A DNA stretch of 63,127 nucleotides, filler included, from Hyphochytrium catenoides (taxonomy: Eukaryota > Protista > Hyphochytriomycota): NCBI GenBank assembly GCA_900088475.1. It is 8 parts of 8 records of this genome, joined end to end, with 100 filler letters (N's around TTAATTAATTAA, not from the genome) between each part and the next. Parts side by side here need not be neighbours in the genome. Positions count along the whole stretch, not along the records: positions 47,028 to 57,570 come from FLMG01004042.1; positions 57,671 to 63,127 come from FLMG01000788.1; 6 more parts are not named here. The stretch is one strand, 5' to 3'. Made by a program: the position numbers and the translations under genes. Below the pieces are notes generated by a model, which worked only from the letters and a program-made list of their open reading frames with translations, searched no databases and was not told the origin of the DNA. Numbering within the stretch: position 1 is the stretch's first letter; each line of letters starts with the position of its first letter. Below are positions 52,439 through 63,127 of the stretch, piece by piece.

Positions 52439-53312
52439 AGGAACGAGTTAAGCAATGTGAAGAAGGTAGAGGAGCATAAATGGCGCAGGGGGTCAATGTA
52501 TAATAGAGAGAGAGGACAAAAGAGAAAAGGNNNNNNNNNNNNNNNNNNNNNNNNNNNNNNNNNNNNNNNNNNNNNNNNNNNNNNNNNNNNNNNNNNNNNN
52601 NNNNNNNNNNNNNNNNNACGAAAGAGAGGGAAGTCCACACGTGAGCGAGCGCAAATGGCTTGCCAAGGGGAGAGAGAGAGAGGAAGAGAAAGAACAAAGA
52701 AGAGGGAGGGAACATATATTGAGGGACATTTATCCAGGTAGATAAAGACGGAGAGAGAGAGAGAATAAAGACAAAAAGTAGAAAGATGACAAAGCACAGA
52801 GAGACAATAGGAGAAAGAAGGCAGGTGGGATGGATAGTGACTGTCTCTCTCTCCTGGAATGCCGACTACTGACCTCCTGCCAAATTCCTTGGGAGAAGGG
52901 AGAGAGTCAAAAGGCTTCTCATCCTCTTCTTCGTCTTCTTCTTCATCCAGCGACTCCGCCCATTCGGTCCCTACCTCGGCCAGTACGAGGATCCCTTGGA
53001 CTATCCCAGCTTTCGCTGTAGAGCCGAGAAAAAGAGAGAAAGAGAGAGAGGGCGAACGGTTTAAGAGAGAGAGAGAGCGAATGGAGAGAGAGAGTGAGCG
53101 AGGGTGGGGACAGAGAGGAGCGTAAAGGAAAAGAGAAAGAGGTAATGGAGAGGGAGGACAATAGATAGGCGAGGGGCATTGTGACGACGCAAAAACAAAA
53201 AAGAAGAGAGAGAGTGCATGCCAACGACAGAGTCCGACATATGTTAGACAGCCCAATGACGGCTTAGAGGAGTAGGATGCTGGTGATGCCGAGTAAGATA
53301 GACAGAGAGAGC

Positions 53313-53346
<34 letters not shown>

Positions 53347-53642
53347 GAGAGAGAGAAAGAGAACAAATAGGAGAAGAGGGACAAAGAGACCACAGAGAGA
53401 GAAGGGAGAGAGAGAGAGAGAAAAGAGTGAGAAGAGAAGAAAGCGACTCGATGGAGAACCTCACAAATAAAAAAGGTAGAAAGAGAGAGAAAAGAGAGAG
53501 GGAGAGAGAGAGTGTGTGTACCTAGTCCAATGGCCAGTCCCCTGGGAGTGAGATGTGCATAGAAAAGCTTCTTATCCGCCAGATAATCCTTTCCACCGCG
53601 AGAGAGGTAGAGAGTCGTACCATTGCTAGCAACAATCGACAT
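51574..53642 (-). CDS. Multi-exon protein of unknown function with a C-terminal glycine-zipper membrane segment
   Basis: Exon ~52370-52272 (TRSLEELAIRYLRVEVAGKLVK) splices in phase to 51947-51574 (DTAKSALRK...AAVLASGVGAAIGTAILPGMGTTYGQVAGDSLVYCL*). Upstream exons ~53017-52850 and 53642-53523 are less certain. Confidence 0.65.
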
Positions 53643-54131
53643 CCTGAACTATAGGAAACGACCACGGTGTCTTCTCTGTGTCGCCTCTCTTCTTTCTCTC
53701 TCTCTCTCTTTCTTTCCTACACCTTCCACCTTTCACCTCTCTCTCTTTCTCTCTCTTCCACTCTCCCTCCCCTGTAGAGAAGAGAAAGACCAGAAGATAT
53801 CTGACTTCTGGAGCTGCACTGATCTCCGCCGCCGGTGGAGCTCACGGAGAGAAAAGGGAAGAGAAGCAAAAGGAAGAGAGACAGATGAAGAAGGAAAGAA
53901 GAGACAACTCAGCCAAATGATCGGATAAGCCCATTGCCTGACTCACAGTCGTTCCTCGTTCCTCCCCAGTCAAGGCTTTTTCCTCATCCCCTCCTTTCTC
54001 TCTCACTTATACCCTCTCTCTCTCTCTGTTTCTCTCTCTCCTCTCTCTCTCTCTGTCTCTTTCGTGTCTCTCAATTTTCTCTCTCCTTATCTCTCTCTCC
54101 CTCTCTCTCTCTCTCTCTTTACTCACTCTCT

Positions 54132-54167
<36 letters not shown>

Positions 54168-55467
54168 TACTCTCTCTCTCTCTCTCTCTTTCTCACTCTC
54201 TCGCTTTATGGTCCACCACTTCAAAAGGAGAGATCCATTCTGGCCACCTTGGGCATCCCGATACGGAATAGATCTTGCCAATATCAGCTATCAGAGGTGG
54301 AATCAAAAGCTTATTCCCGATAGGAATGATGCAAGATGCAAGTGCTTTCACTTCATTGAGATGACTGAGTCTGGTNNNNNNNNNNNNNNNNNNNNNNNNN
54401 NNNNNNNNNNNNNNNNNNNNNNNNNNNNNNNNNNNNNNNNNNNNNNNNNNNNNNNNNNNNNNNNNNNNNNNNNNNNNNNNNNGGGGGGGAGAGAGAGAGA
54501 GAGCTGAGAGAGAGAGGCAGACAGATAGACAGACAGGAAAAGGAAGAAAGAAGTAGCTGAAAAGGGAGAGACATTAGAGAGAAAGGGAGCAAGACAAGAC
54601 AAGATCAAGGGATCAAGGGAGAGAGACAAAAAGTAAGAAGGGGCGTACGTAGAGCTTACAGACCACGCTTCTTGACAGAGAAACAGATGTCATCACCACA
54701 GAGGGGAGAGACACTGAGAGAGAGAGGGAGAGAGAGAGAGGACAGAAAGACATCCAGGAGAGAGGTGTGCCGGCGCCTATCTGCCCATTGACAGAGAGAA
54801 AGAGAGAAAGAGAGAAGGAAGAAAGTGGGCAAAGTAGAGACGGAACAGTGAGAAAGAGACAGAGGAAGAAAGACAAAGACTAGAGAAGAAAGATGGGACA
54901 AGACGAAAGGACAGGCCTAGAATGCACTGTCAGAATAGAAAGAGAGAGAGAGAGAGAGAGTCAGAGAGAGGCGACATAAGGTTTGGGCAGGAGGAGAAAG
55001 GGAAAGAGATGGAGAAGGGAGAAGGAAGAACAAGGGAACTAGAGAAAGAGATGCTCAGCCTTTGCTCGAGTTATTGCGGAGCTAGAGATGGATTCGGAGA
55101 ACTGTCGTGTATGAGACTGCATGCTAGCCCATGGGAGAGAGAGAGAGAGAAAGAAAGAGAGAAAGAGGTGTAAAAAAAAAGAAGAGTTATGAATTAAAGG
55201 GTTAAGCTCTTAGGCAAAGAGGAGGCTGGACGTAAGCCTTTACGCGCATTTTTGGCTCTCTTCTCCAGGTCAACATGGCTCCTTTGCTTTCTCTCCTTCT
55301 AGGTTTTTCTTCCCCAGAGTCTAGTACTTCCCAGGATGAAGTATCTCTCTCTCTCCCTCTCTTTCTCTCTCTCGTGAGTTATGTGTCCGGGAAGTACAGC
55401 GGAGGCGTGCGGACAGGGCAGAGAACAGAGAGAGAGAGAGAGAGAGAGATTTGGGCGGCTAGCTGCC

Positions 55468-55784
55468 TTACAGGGCCACAGTCGGGAGAGAGACAACTTC
55501 CCAGTCACAGCGAAAGGAGAGAGCCCCAACCGGCAGAGAGAGAGAAGGAGAAACTGTCTTCCGGACTCGATCCCTAATGTCAGATAGCCAGCGACTCTGA
55601 AGGGAATGTTTGGCCCTCTCTTCTTCGTCGACCTCTTCCTCTGCTCTCTCTCCTTGTACCTTCTCTCTCTCCCTCTCCTGCTCCGTGCCTCCGACAAGGA
55701 TTTTGCTAAGACAGGAGACAGGGAGAGAGAACTTCAATGTTTCTCTTGCGCAACACGAAGAGAGACTTGGGTCTCTGGTAAACC

Positions 55785-55820
<36 letters not shown>

Positions 55821-56693
55821 AAGAAAGTGATGAACAAGGCGGTCAAATATAGCAGACAGAAAAGAAGCAGACTCCAAGAGAGAGAGAGAGAAAGTTACTA
55901 GGGCATGATCGGAGATCACTTCTTACGTTCCGGTCGTGCTTACGACAGAGAGAGAGCCAGAAAGAACGAATTGATTGGAGAGACAGTGATGGCGTCTTCA
56001 AAGCACTGAGCTCATAAAAGAAGGGAAGAGAGGGAAGGAGAGAGAGAAAAGAGAGAGAGAAGAGAGAGAGAGAGACAACAGCGCCGCTTACCTGCTCTCC
56101 AGGTAAATCGAGCAGAGCAAGAGAGGGAGATTGGCAAGACAATTACCTCCTTCAATAGTGGGGAGAGATTGAGAGAGAGAGGGTTCTTTTGGGAGAGTGT
56201 AGAGGATAGGGTAGCCAATAAGGAAGCCTGCCGCTCCGGGAAGAGAGAGAGAGAAAGGGATTTGGAGAGAGACTTCTTCCTCCTCTCCCTTTTCACTCTG
56301 TGTAAAGAAACAGAGCCTGTCGCAGGCAGTCAACTCTTGATGAGGAATGGAGAGAGAAGAAGAAGAATGGTTCCTTTCTAAGACAGCCAATACGTCCTTG
56401 AAAAACTTCAGGAGCTCGGAGCCTAATGGTTCGACCTACGTTAGGAAAAGAGAGTGAGAGAGAGAAGAAGAAAAGGGAAGAGAGAAGAGATTAAAGGAGA
56501 GAGACCAACTAGGGAGAAGGCACATTGAGACTATGTCAAGCGAAAGACAGATGCCAGAAAATGCCGAAGAGGTCAATGTGGAATCGACAGGACCAAAAGG
56601 AAGAGACACAAGAAATGGTGCCCGCAGACACACCCACAGAAAGAGAGAGAGAGAAAGGGAGAGAGAAGGAGAGAGAGAGCGGAGAGAGAGAGG

Positions 56694-56724
<31 letters not shown>

Positions 56725-56926
56725 GACAAAAATCAGCTATAAAGAGGTCCTGTCACCTGCGGGCTGGACAATTTTGAGGATACATTCACCAGCAGCAGCC
56801 GCTCTCTTTCTTGGCTCTGCAGCCTAAGCGCTAAGGCCTTGCGGTTGATGATCATCACATCTTCGGAGGAGAAGAGAGAAAACGGATCATGTCTTCCAAG
56901 GGTGACCACCTCAAAAACGTTAAACA
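55468..56926 (-). CDS. UPF0739/DUF4504 (C1orf74-like) protein, 5' part not resolved
   Basis: Exons 56926-56757, 56435-56092 and 55774-55468 splice in phase. Motifs GFLIGYPILY, NCLANLPL, LKFSLPVSCL and C-terminal EVVSLPTVAL* resemble the family pattern GYPV.Y / NCL..PL / FSVP / VTLP.VAL. Confidence 0.7.
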
Positions 56927-57501
56927 CTTGTGTGGCATTTGCCTAGGGAGGGAGGGAGGGAGGGAGAGGGACAGAGAGAGAGAAGAGAGAGAGAGAGAGA
57001 AGAGAGAGAAGAGAGGAGAGAGAGGGAGGAGAGAGAAAGAGTGACAGAGAGAGAAAGAAAGGGAGAGAGAGAGATAAGACAGTTAGCGAAAAGATCCAAA
57101 CAAGGAAGTAAGAGCTTTACCAAGTTGAAAGAGAGTGAGAACATGCGAGAGGAGAAGAGAGCCGCTGATGGAGATCAACCGCGAGAAAGAATAGGGAGAG
57201 AAAGGTGCAAGAAATGACAAGACATGCGTTAGAGAGATAATGCAAAGAGAGGAATGCATGAAAGAGAAAGATGAGGAGGTAGGAGGGTTAGGCATAGACT
57301 GACAGACCGGGGGAAGAGAGAGAAAGAGAGACAGACAGGGGCACAGAAAGAGAAAGAATGAGACAAAAAGTAAAGGACGTAGACACAGAACGAGATGGAG
57401 GAAAATTGAGGGGAGTCGAGAAGACAGAGTGGGAGCGAGAGAGAAAGGAAGTTGAGGAGACACGGCGTGCGAAAGGGAGAGGGAGACAGAGAGAGTCAGA
57501 A

Positions 57502-57534
<33 letters not shown>

Positions 57535-57570
57535 GAGAGAGAGAGAGACAAAGAGAGAGAGAGAGAGAGA

Positions 57571-57670
57571 NNNNNNNNNNNNNNNNNNNNNNNNNNNNNN
57601 NNNNNNNNNNNNNNTTAATTAATTAANNNNNNNNNNNNNNNNNNNNNNNNNNNNNNNNNNNNNNNNNNNN
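57571..57670. other. Artificial scaffold-joining spacer
   Basis: N44-TTAATTAATTAA-N44. Confidence 0.97.
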
Positions 57671-58112
57671 AAATCTTCTCTCTCTTGCCAGGTGGAAGAG
57701 AGGAAAGGAGAGACTATCTCTTTTCGCTCTTCTCTCTTTTCTCCCTCTTCCTCGGGGGCCTTTCCTCCTTCCTCGGGAACGGTCACTGGCTGGGGAAGAG
57801 ATGATGCCTTTTCTTTGAAGGCCTCAGGCAGCGCTCCGGTGCCTCCAACGACAGCAATTAACGGTCTTGAGCTTGGAAATTGGATTTCTTGGAGAATCTG
57901 CAGATTTTTCCGGAGATCTGGACCCGCAATCCGGAGATTTGAACGGAGATTTATTGGATTTTTCTTGGTCAGAAGATCTGCGGCGTCTTCGACGGAAATC
58001 TCTATCAGTTGGTCCATGGCGGACTGGAACGTTGGAGGCTGGATGGGCGGCTCTGAAGAGAGAAACAAGGAGTAAGAGACGAGAGAAAAGAATTGAGGGA
58101 GAGACGGTTTAT

Positions 58113-58151
<39 letters not shown>

Positions 58152-58182
58152 AGGCAGAGATCAAGAGAAAGAGCGGAGAGGG

Positions 58183-58223
<41 letters not shown>

Positions 58224-58586
58224 AAGAGAAACAGAAAGAGGATAGGCGGGCGAGAAAAGAGAGTGAGTGGGAGAGACAGAGGGAAAGAAGACGAGGAAAA
58301 TGGGAAGGATGCATTGAAAGAGACAGCGAGAAATGACTAACGGGAAAGGGTGACGGAGAGAGAGAGAGAGAGAGAGCAAGAAAAGGAAGAAAACGAAAGA
58401 GACAGTTAAAAGGGGAAATAGAGAGGGAGAGACAGGAGAAAGAAGGGAAGAGAGAGAGACTTTATAGACATTACCCGCGGCCTCAGCATTTGCCATCTCT
58501 GCCGCCTTTTCTGCCTTCTTCTTCGCTGCAGCTCCCTTGGCGCCTGACAACAGAGAGACAGAGGTCAACATAGAGAGAGAGAAGGG

Positions 58587-58633
<47 letters not shown>

Positions 58634-58788
58634 CGCAAAGACAGAAAAAGAAACTTTATAAACCGCTTGAGAGAGAAGAGAACGTAAGAGAGAGAGAGAG
58701 AGAGAAAGCGACGCAGAGAAAAAGAGAGAGAGAGACAGCGCAAAGACAGAAAAAGAAACTTTATAAACCGCTTGAGAGAGAAGAGAAC

Positions 58789-58831
<43 letters not shown>

Positions 58832-59756
58832 GCAGAGAAAAAGAGAGAGAGAGACCATCAGTCAATGATAAAGAGCGGCATAAGGCGGACTAACCCTTTC
58901 CAGCTGGTTTCACGTCTTCCTCTCCCTTTCCTGCACTTTTCAGGAGGGAGAGAGAGAGAGACTCTTCCTGTTCTCCCCAGCTCTCGCTCCCCTTTACTAT
59001 GCAAATCAGTGGCGTGGGAGGGGAAGGAGAGGGAGAGAGAAAAGGAGGAAGACTTTCTGAGGCGTGACTGCGTGCAGTCGTGTTCTCTCCTAGAGCTGTT
59101 CCTCCCGTTGATTCTTTCTCTCCCTCTTTCTCTCCGTTTGCTCTTTCTCTCTCTCTCTCTGGCTTGATGCTGCTGCTCTCCTGGACCTTTGCCGCTAGAT
59201 ATTCCATCAGCTTTGGCCTGGAAGATAAGTCTACAAAGAGAGAGAAAGAGAGAGAGAGAAAGAGAGAGAGAGACAGAGAGAGAGACAGAGAGGGAGGAAA
59301 TGGGAAACAGACATTAGGAAACGGACGAGGCGGAGGTTTATATTAAAGAGAGAAGTCAAAGGGAGAAAGAGTAAGGGAGAGGGACTGCAGAGAGTGAGAA
59401 CTGAGAAGAGAGAGAAACTTACAAGAGAGAGACGGAGAAAGAGAGAAGGGAGAGAGAACCTAGTACTAGCAAATAGAGACATAAACACAGATTAAGTGAG
59501 AGAGAGAAACAGAGACAGAGAGAGAGAAGGAAAGGAAAGAGAGAGAGAGAGAGAGAGCAAGAGAGAGACAGCTGGAAGGAGAAAGAGCGAGAGAAACGAG
59601 AGAGAGAGAGATAAAGCAAGAAGGAGAAAGAGAGGAGCTTTTGCGGAGATAGACTAGAGGAAAGTAGAAGAGACGAGAGGGAGGCAGAGTGGAGAGAATG
59701 AGAGGAGTAAAGAGAGCTAAGAGGAAGACATATAACTATAAACAGAGCTATATGAA

Positions 59757-59795
<39 letters not shown>

Positions 59796-60273
59796 GCCAC
59801 TACCTGGAGGAAGTGCCTGAAAGCGGTAGAGAAGCTCCAGAGAGGAGGAGATGACTGGAACTTCCTCTTCTCCTCTTCCTCTCTCCCTCAAAAAAGTCTG
59901 TACAGCTAGAATCAAACGAGAGAGAGAGGGAGAGAGAGAAAGAGGAGAAGGATCCTTTCTCTCTTCTCCTTCCTTTTCAGTTTGTACAGGTGCTGCGGAA
60001 GGAGGAGAAGGAGGAATTGTCTTCTTCCCTGTTCCTCCCTTTCCTGCCTTGGCAATCGTAGGAGGGGAAGGAGAGGGGGTGGGAGGAGAAGAGGAAGAGA
60101 GAGAGAGAGACGCTGGGGAGAGAGTCTCTCCTGCAGGAGAGAGAGAAGGAGAGACAAACAGATTGTTCATCCTGAGATCCAGGAAGAGATTCTTCACGCC
60201 AGAATCCAGGAGCTCTCTCACAGCCTCCAAGATAAATGCCCTTGAGACTGAGGACAAGATTGGGAGAGATAAA

Positions 60274-60306
<33 letters not shown>

Positions 60307-60605
60307 AAAGAGACAAAGAGAGAGGAAAGGGAAAGAGGGAAGAAGCGGGATGAAAGTCAGATCAAGAGGATCAAGAGAGAGACAGAGAAAGAGACAGTGG
60401 GGCAGGTAACGTAAGAGAAAGAGTGAGAGTGGAGGAGAGAGAGAGACACAAAGAGAGAGAGAGAAGTGAGAACCAAAGAGAGAGAAGAAGACAAACAGGG
60501 TCACAGGCTAAGGGAAGAGTTGAGAGAAGGGCAATGAAGCAAAGAAGAGACACCAGGGGAAAGAGATCTTACACTCTTTTTTTTCATGATAGCGGATATG
60601 ATAGG

Positions 60606-60675
<70 letters not shown>

Positions 60676-61021
60676 AGGAATAGAGAGATGGAGCAGAGAA
60701 GAGAAACAAGAGGCAGAAAGACAGAGAGGGGGCACAAGGAACAGAGAAGACAAAGAAAAGGGGAAAAAATGGAGCGAGAAAGAGAACAAAAGGGGAAAGA
60801 GAGAGAGAAACAGAAGAGAGAGAGAGAGAGCTAAGGTTTTTACCCTCTTCCTCTTTCTCTTTGAACTCCGTTTGTAAAAGTACGATTTTCCCATCCAGCA
60901 GCTCTCGAGAGGGAGAGAGAAAAGAGAAAGAAGGACCCAGACATTGACGCTGAAGCCTCTCCATACGATCCTAAGCCCCACAGAGAAGCGAGAGAGAGAC
61001 AGAAGGGTGAGAGAAAAAGTC

Positions 61022-61060
<39 letters not shown>

Positions 61061-62559
61061 GAGAGAGACAGAGAGGGGGGGCGAGAGAGAGAGAGAGAGA
61101 GAGAGGAAAGGTTATGTGAAAGAAGCTTAGAGTGACGCTCGAAAGAGGTCCATGACAGACAGAGCAAGAATGAAAGGCTATGAAGAGAGAGAGAGAGAGA
61201 GAGAGAGAATAAGAAAGAGAACTCCGCGTAGGCTAACCTTCTCCCTCTTGTGGAAAGAGATATCCAGAAACTGCTGCAACGAAACGCTAAGCTCGCGAGA
61301 CAGAGTCTCGTGAAGAGATCTATGGTACTTGACACTCGGCGCTTAAAGGATGGAGAAGAGAGAGAGAGAGAAAAGGAGAGAAAGAGAGAGAGAGAGAAAA
61401 GGAGAGAAAGAGAGAGAGAGAAAGAGAGAGAGAGAAAGCAGGAAAAAAGGATATGAGTTAGAAGGAAAAAAGAGAAAGAGAGACAAGAATGTGAGGAAAA
61501 GGGAGAGAATGGGTGAAAAGAGAGAGAGAGGAGTCTGAACAAAGAGAGAAAGTCAGAAAGATGGTTTCTGAGACAGGGAGGAAGGTGAGGAAGACAAAGA
61601 AAGAGAGAGGGAACTGCGAAGAGAGAGAGAGAAGAAGAGAGAGAGAGAAAGGCAGAGAGAGAGAGAGGAATAGAGAGAGAGAGGGAACGAGAAGGGAAGG
61701 GAGCCTTACTTTGAGAGTCAGAAGGCGGCTCTCTTGTTCTGTCCACAGCTCCTGCCAGCTCCTCAGCCACGGATGGGCGGGGAGTGAGAGGGAGAGAGAG
61801 GGGAAGAGAGAGACCGTGACGGGCTTCCTGGGACTGGATAGGAGAGACAGAGAGAGAGAGAGAGAGAGGTAAGTGAGACACAGCAGAAAAAACCGAGTCC
61901 GGGATGACTAAGGTCAATAACATCTCTGTGTGCCTTCTCTCTCTCTCTCTCTTTCCTTTCTCTCTGTCTCTTTCTCTCTCTCTCTTTTCTTAAATATTTA
62001 TCTACAAGTAGCGCTCTCTGTCCTTGTAGGAAAGCTCTTTCCTCAGCAGCTTCTTTCTTGGTTCTCGTTTTCCATTTCCACATCTCTCTATCCTCTTCTC
62101 TTTCTTCCTGTCTCTCCCTCCGTCTCTTTATTTTGAGCTAACCCTTTCTCGCATTCTCTCCTTTCTCCCCTTTCTTGCCCGCTCGCTCTCTCTCCCTCTC
62201 TCTCTCCCCGCTCGCTCTCTATCCCTCTCTCTCTCCCCTCTCTCTCTCTTTCCCTCTCTCTCTCCCCTCTCTCTCTCTTTCTCTCTGTCTCTCTCTCTGT
62301 CTCTCTCTCTCTGTCTCTCTCTCGCTGTCTCTCTCTTTCTCTCCCTCTCTCTTTCTCTCTCTCTCTCACCATAAGCGGTATCTCCGCTGCGAGATCAAGG
62401 AGAATTTCTCTTAGAGCCTCCTCCAGACTTCCCTCTGGACCTTCTCTCCCTGTGTAGGAAGGCGGAGGACGGAGGGCAGAGAGAGAGAGAAGAGAGAGAA
62501 AAGACTCTTCCCATTCTGAGAGGATCGTGGTCACCTGTGAGTTATAATAGGAGAGAAAC

Positions 62560-62595
<36 letters not shown>

Positions 62596-62749
62596 AGTTA
62601 AATAGTTGAGGGAGCATCAAAGAGAAAGAGAGAGAGAGATCCAAGAGACACAGAGCAATCGAGAAAGAGAGAGGGGCATTCTTTTAGATGAGTCTATATA
62701 GAGGAACACTATAGCGCCAGAGAAAGAGAGAGAGAGAGAGAGAGAGAAC

Positions 62750-62782
<33 letters not shown>

Positions 62783-62870
62783 CTCGAGGTAAGGCCCTTT
62801 ATCAATAGCTGATTCATGGAAAGAGAAGCTTACCATCTCATGAGGAAGTGGTTCGAACTCATCTCCACCT
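57671..62870 (-). CDS. Internal part of a large multi-exon protein of unknown function
   Basis: Coding islands at ~58050-57671, 58543-58473, 59217-58893, 60250-59803, 60975-60830, 61342-61237, 61830-61710, 62090-61905, 62535-62375 and 62870-62833. Several have clear AG/GT borders. Helical segments alternate with AKGGKK-like linkers. Confidence 0.55.
58631..58855. repeat. Intronic tandem duplication (~105-120 bp x2)
   Basis: CAGCGCAAAGACAGAAAAAGAAACTTTATAAACCGCTTGAGAGAGAAGAGAACGTAAG(AG)nAAAGCGACGCAGAG at 58631 and 58736. The copies differ only in (GA)n length. Confidence 0.9.
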
Positions 62871-63127
62871 GGAGAGAGAGAGAGAGAGAGGTTGTGAGTG
62901 AGAGGGCAGAGAGAGAGAGAAGGAAGATGGAAAATGGAAGAAAGAGAACAGCGACCGATGGCCCACTCCAAGACGAGCACAGAGTGAGAAAGAGGAAAGA
63001 GAGAAAGCAAGAGAAGAGAGAGAGAAAGAACGAGAGTGAAAGAGAGAGAAAGAGAGAGAAAGAGAGAAAGAGGCGTGCGTAGAAATCTCCCTCTTCTACT
63101 CCTTACCTGGTGAGCCTTCAGGCTGCT

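Noticed and set aside
58631-58855. Intronic duplication as a functional element
   Set aside because: The copies are identical except for microsatellite length, consistent with two alleles assembled in tandem or a trivial recent slip.
60508-61923. Long SLSLSL/ERERER ORFs (e.g. 471 aa here, 314 aa at 32187-33131) as real proteins
   Set aside because: They are translations of stop-free (CT)n/(GA)n intron tracts. Only short internal exons are credible.
57671-62870. Naming the large minus-strand gene as a specific axonemal CFAP
   Set aside because: Only a stylistic resemblance (AKGGKK-like linkers) supports it, with no diagnostic motif.

Overview
This is eukaryotic DNA from a draft assembly, probably a protist and by protein style possibly a stramenopile/SAR lineage (inference). 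It is not one locus. Eight scaffolds are joined by seven artificial 100-bp spacers (N44-TTAATTAATTAA-N44), so synteny holds only within 1-22437, 22538-26261, 26362-30402, 30503-37228, 37329-42361, 42462-46927, 47028-57570 and 57671-63127. Most ORFs in the supplied track are translations of (CT)n/(GA)n microsatellites that fill the spliceosomal introns. Genes I could reconstruct by hand are a MYST/Tip60-family histone acetyltransferase, an acyl-CoA oxidase fragment, an LTA4H-type M1 aminopeptidase with 28-nt and 17-nt micro-exons, a membrane RING-H2 ligase, an intronless two-repeat MYB, a UPF0739/DUF4504-like gene and several unknown multi-exon genes. The stand-out is an intronless 1121-aa receptor (15109-18474). 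It joins two tandem PstS-like (bacterial phosphate-binding protein) domains with altered ligand motifs, through a Cys-rich linker, to a class C (GABA-B-like) 7TM domain. It sits among decayed mobile DNA: a DIRS-like RT-RNaseH-MT relic, and a SET plus possible Ulp1-like relic next to CACTA-like termini. Scaffold 42462-46927 is almost entirely mobile DNA: tandem Helentron/HINE-like elements with GNA mini-hairpins, a possible hAT relic and a Copia gag-protease fragment. All family assignments come from motif recognition by eye; no searches were run.
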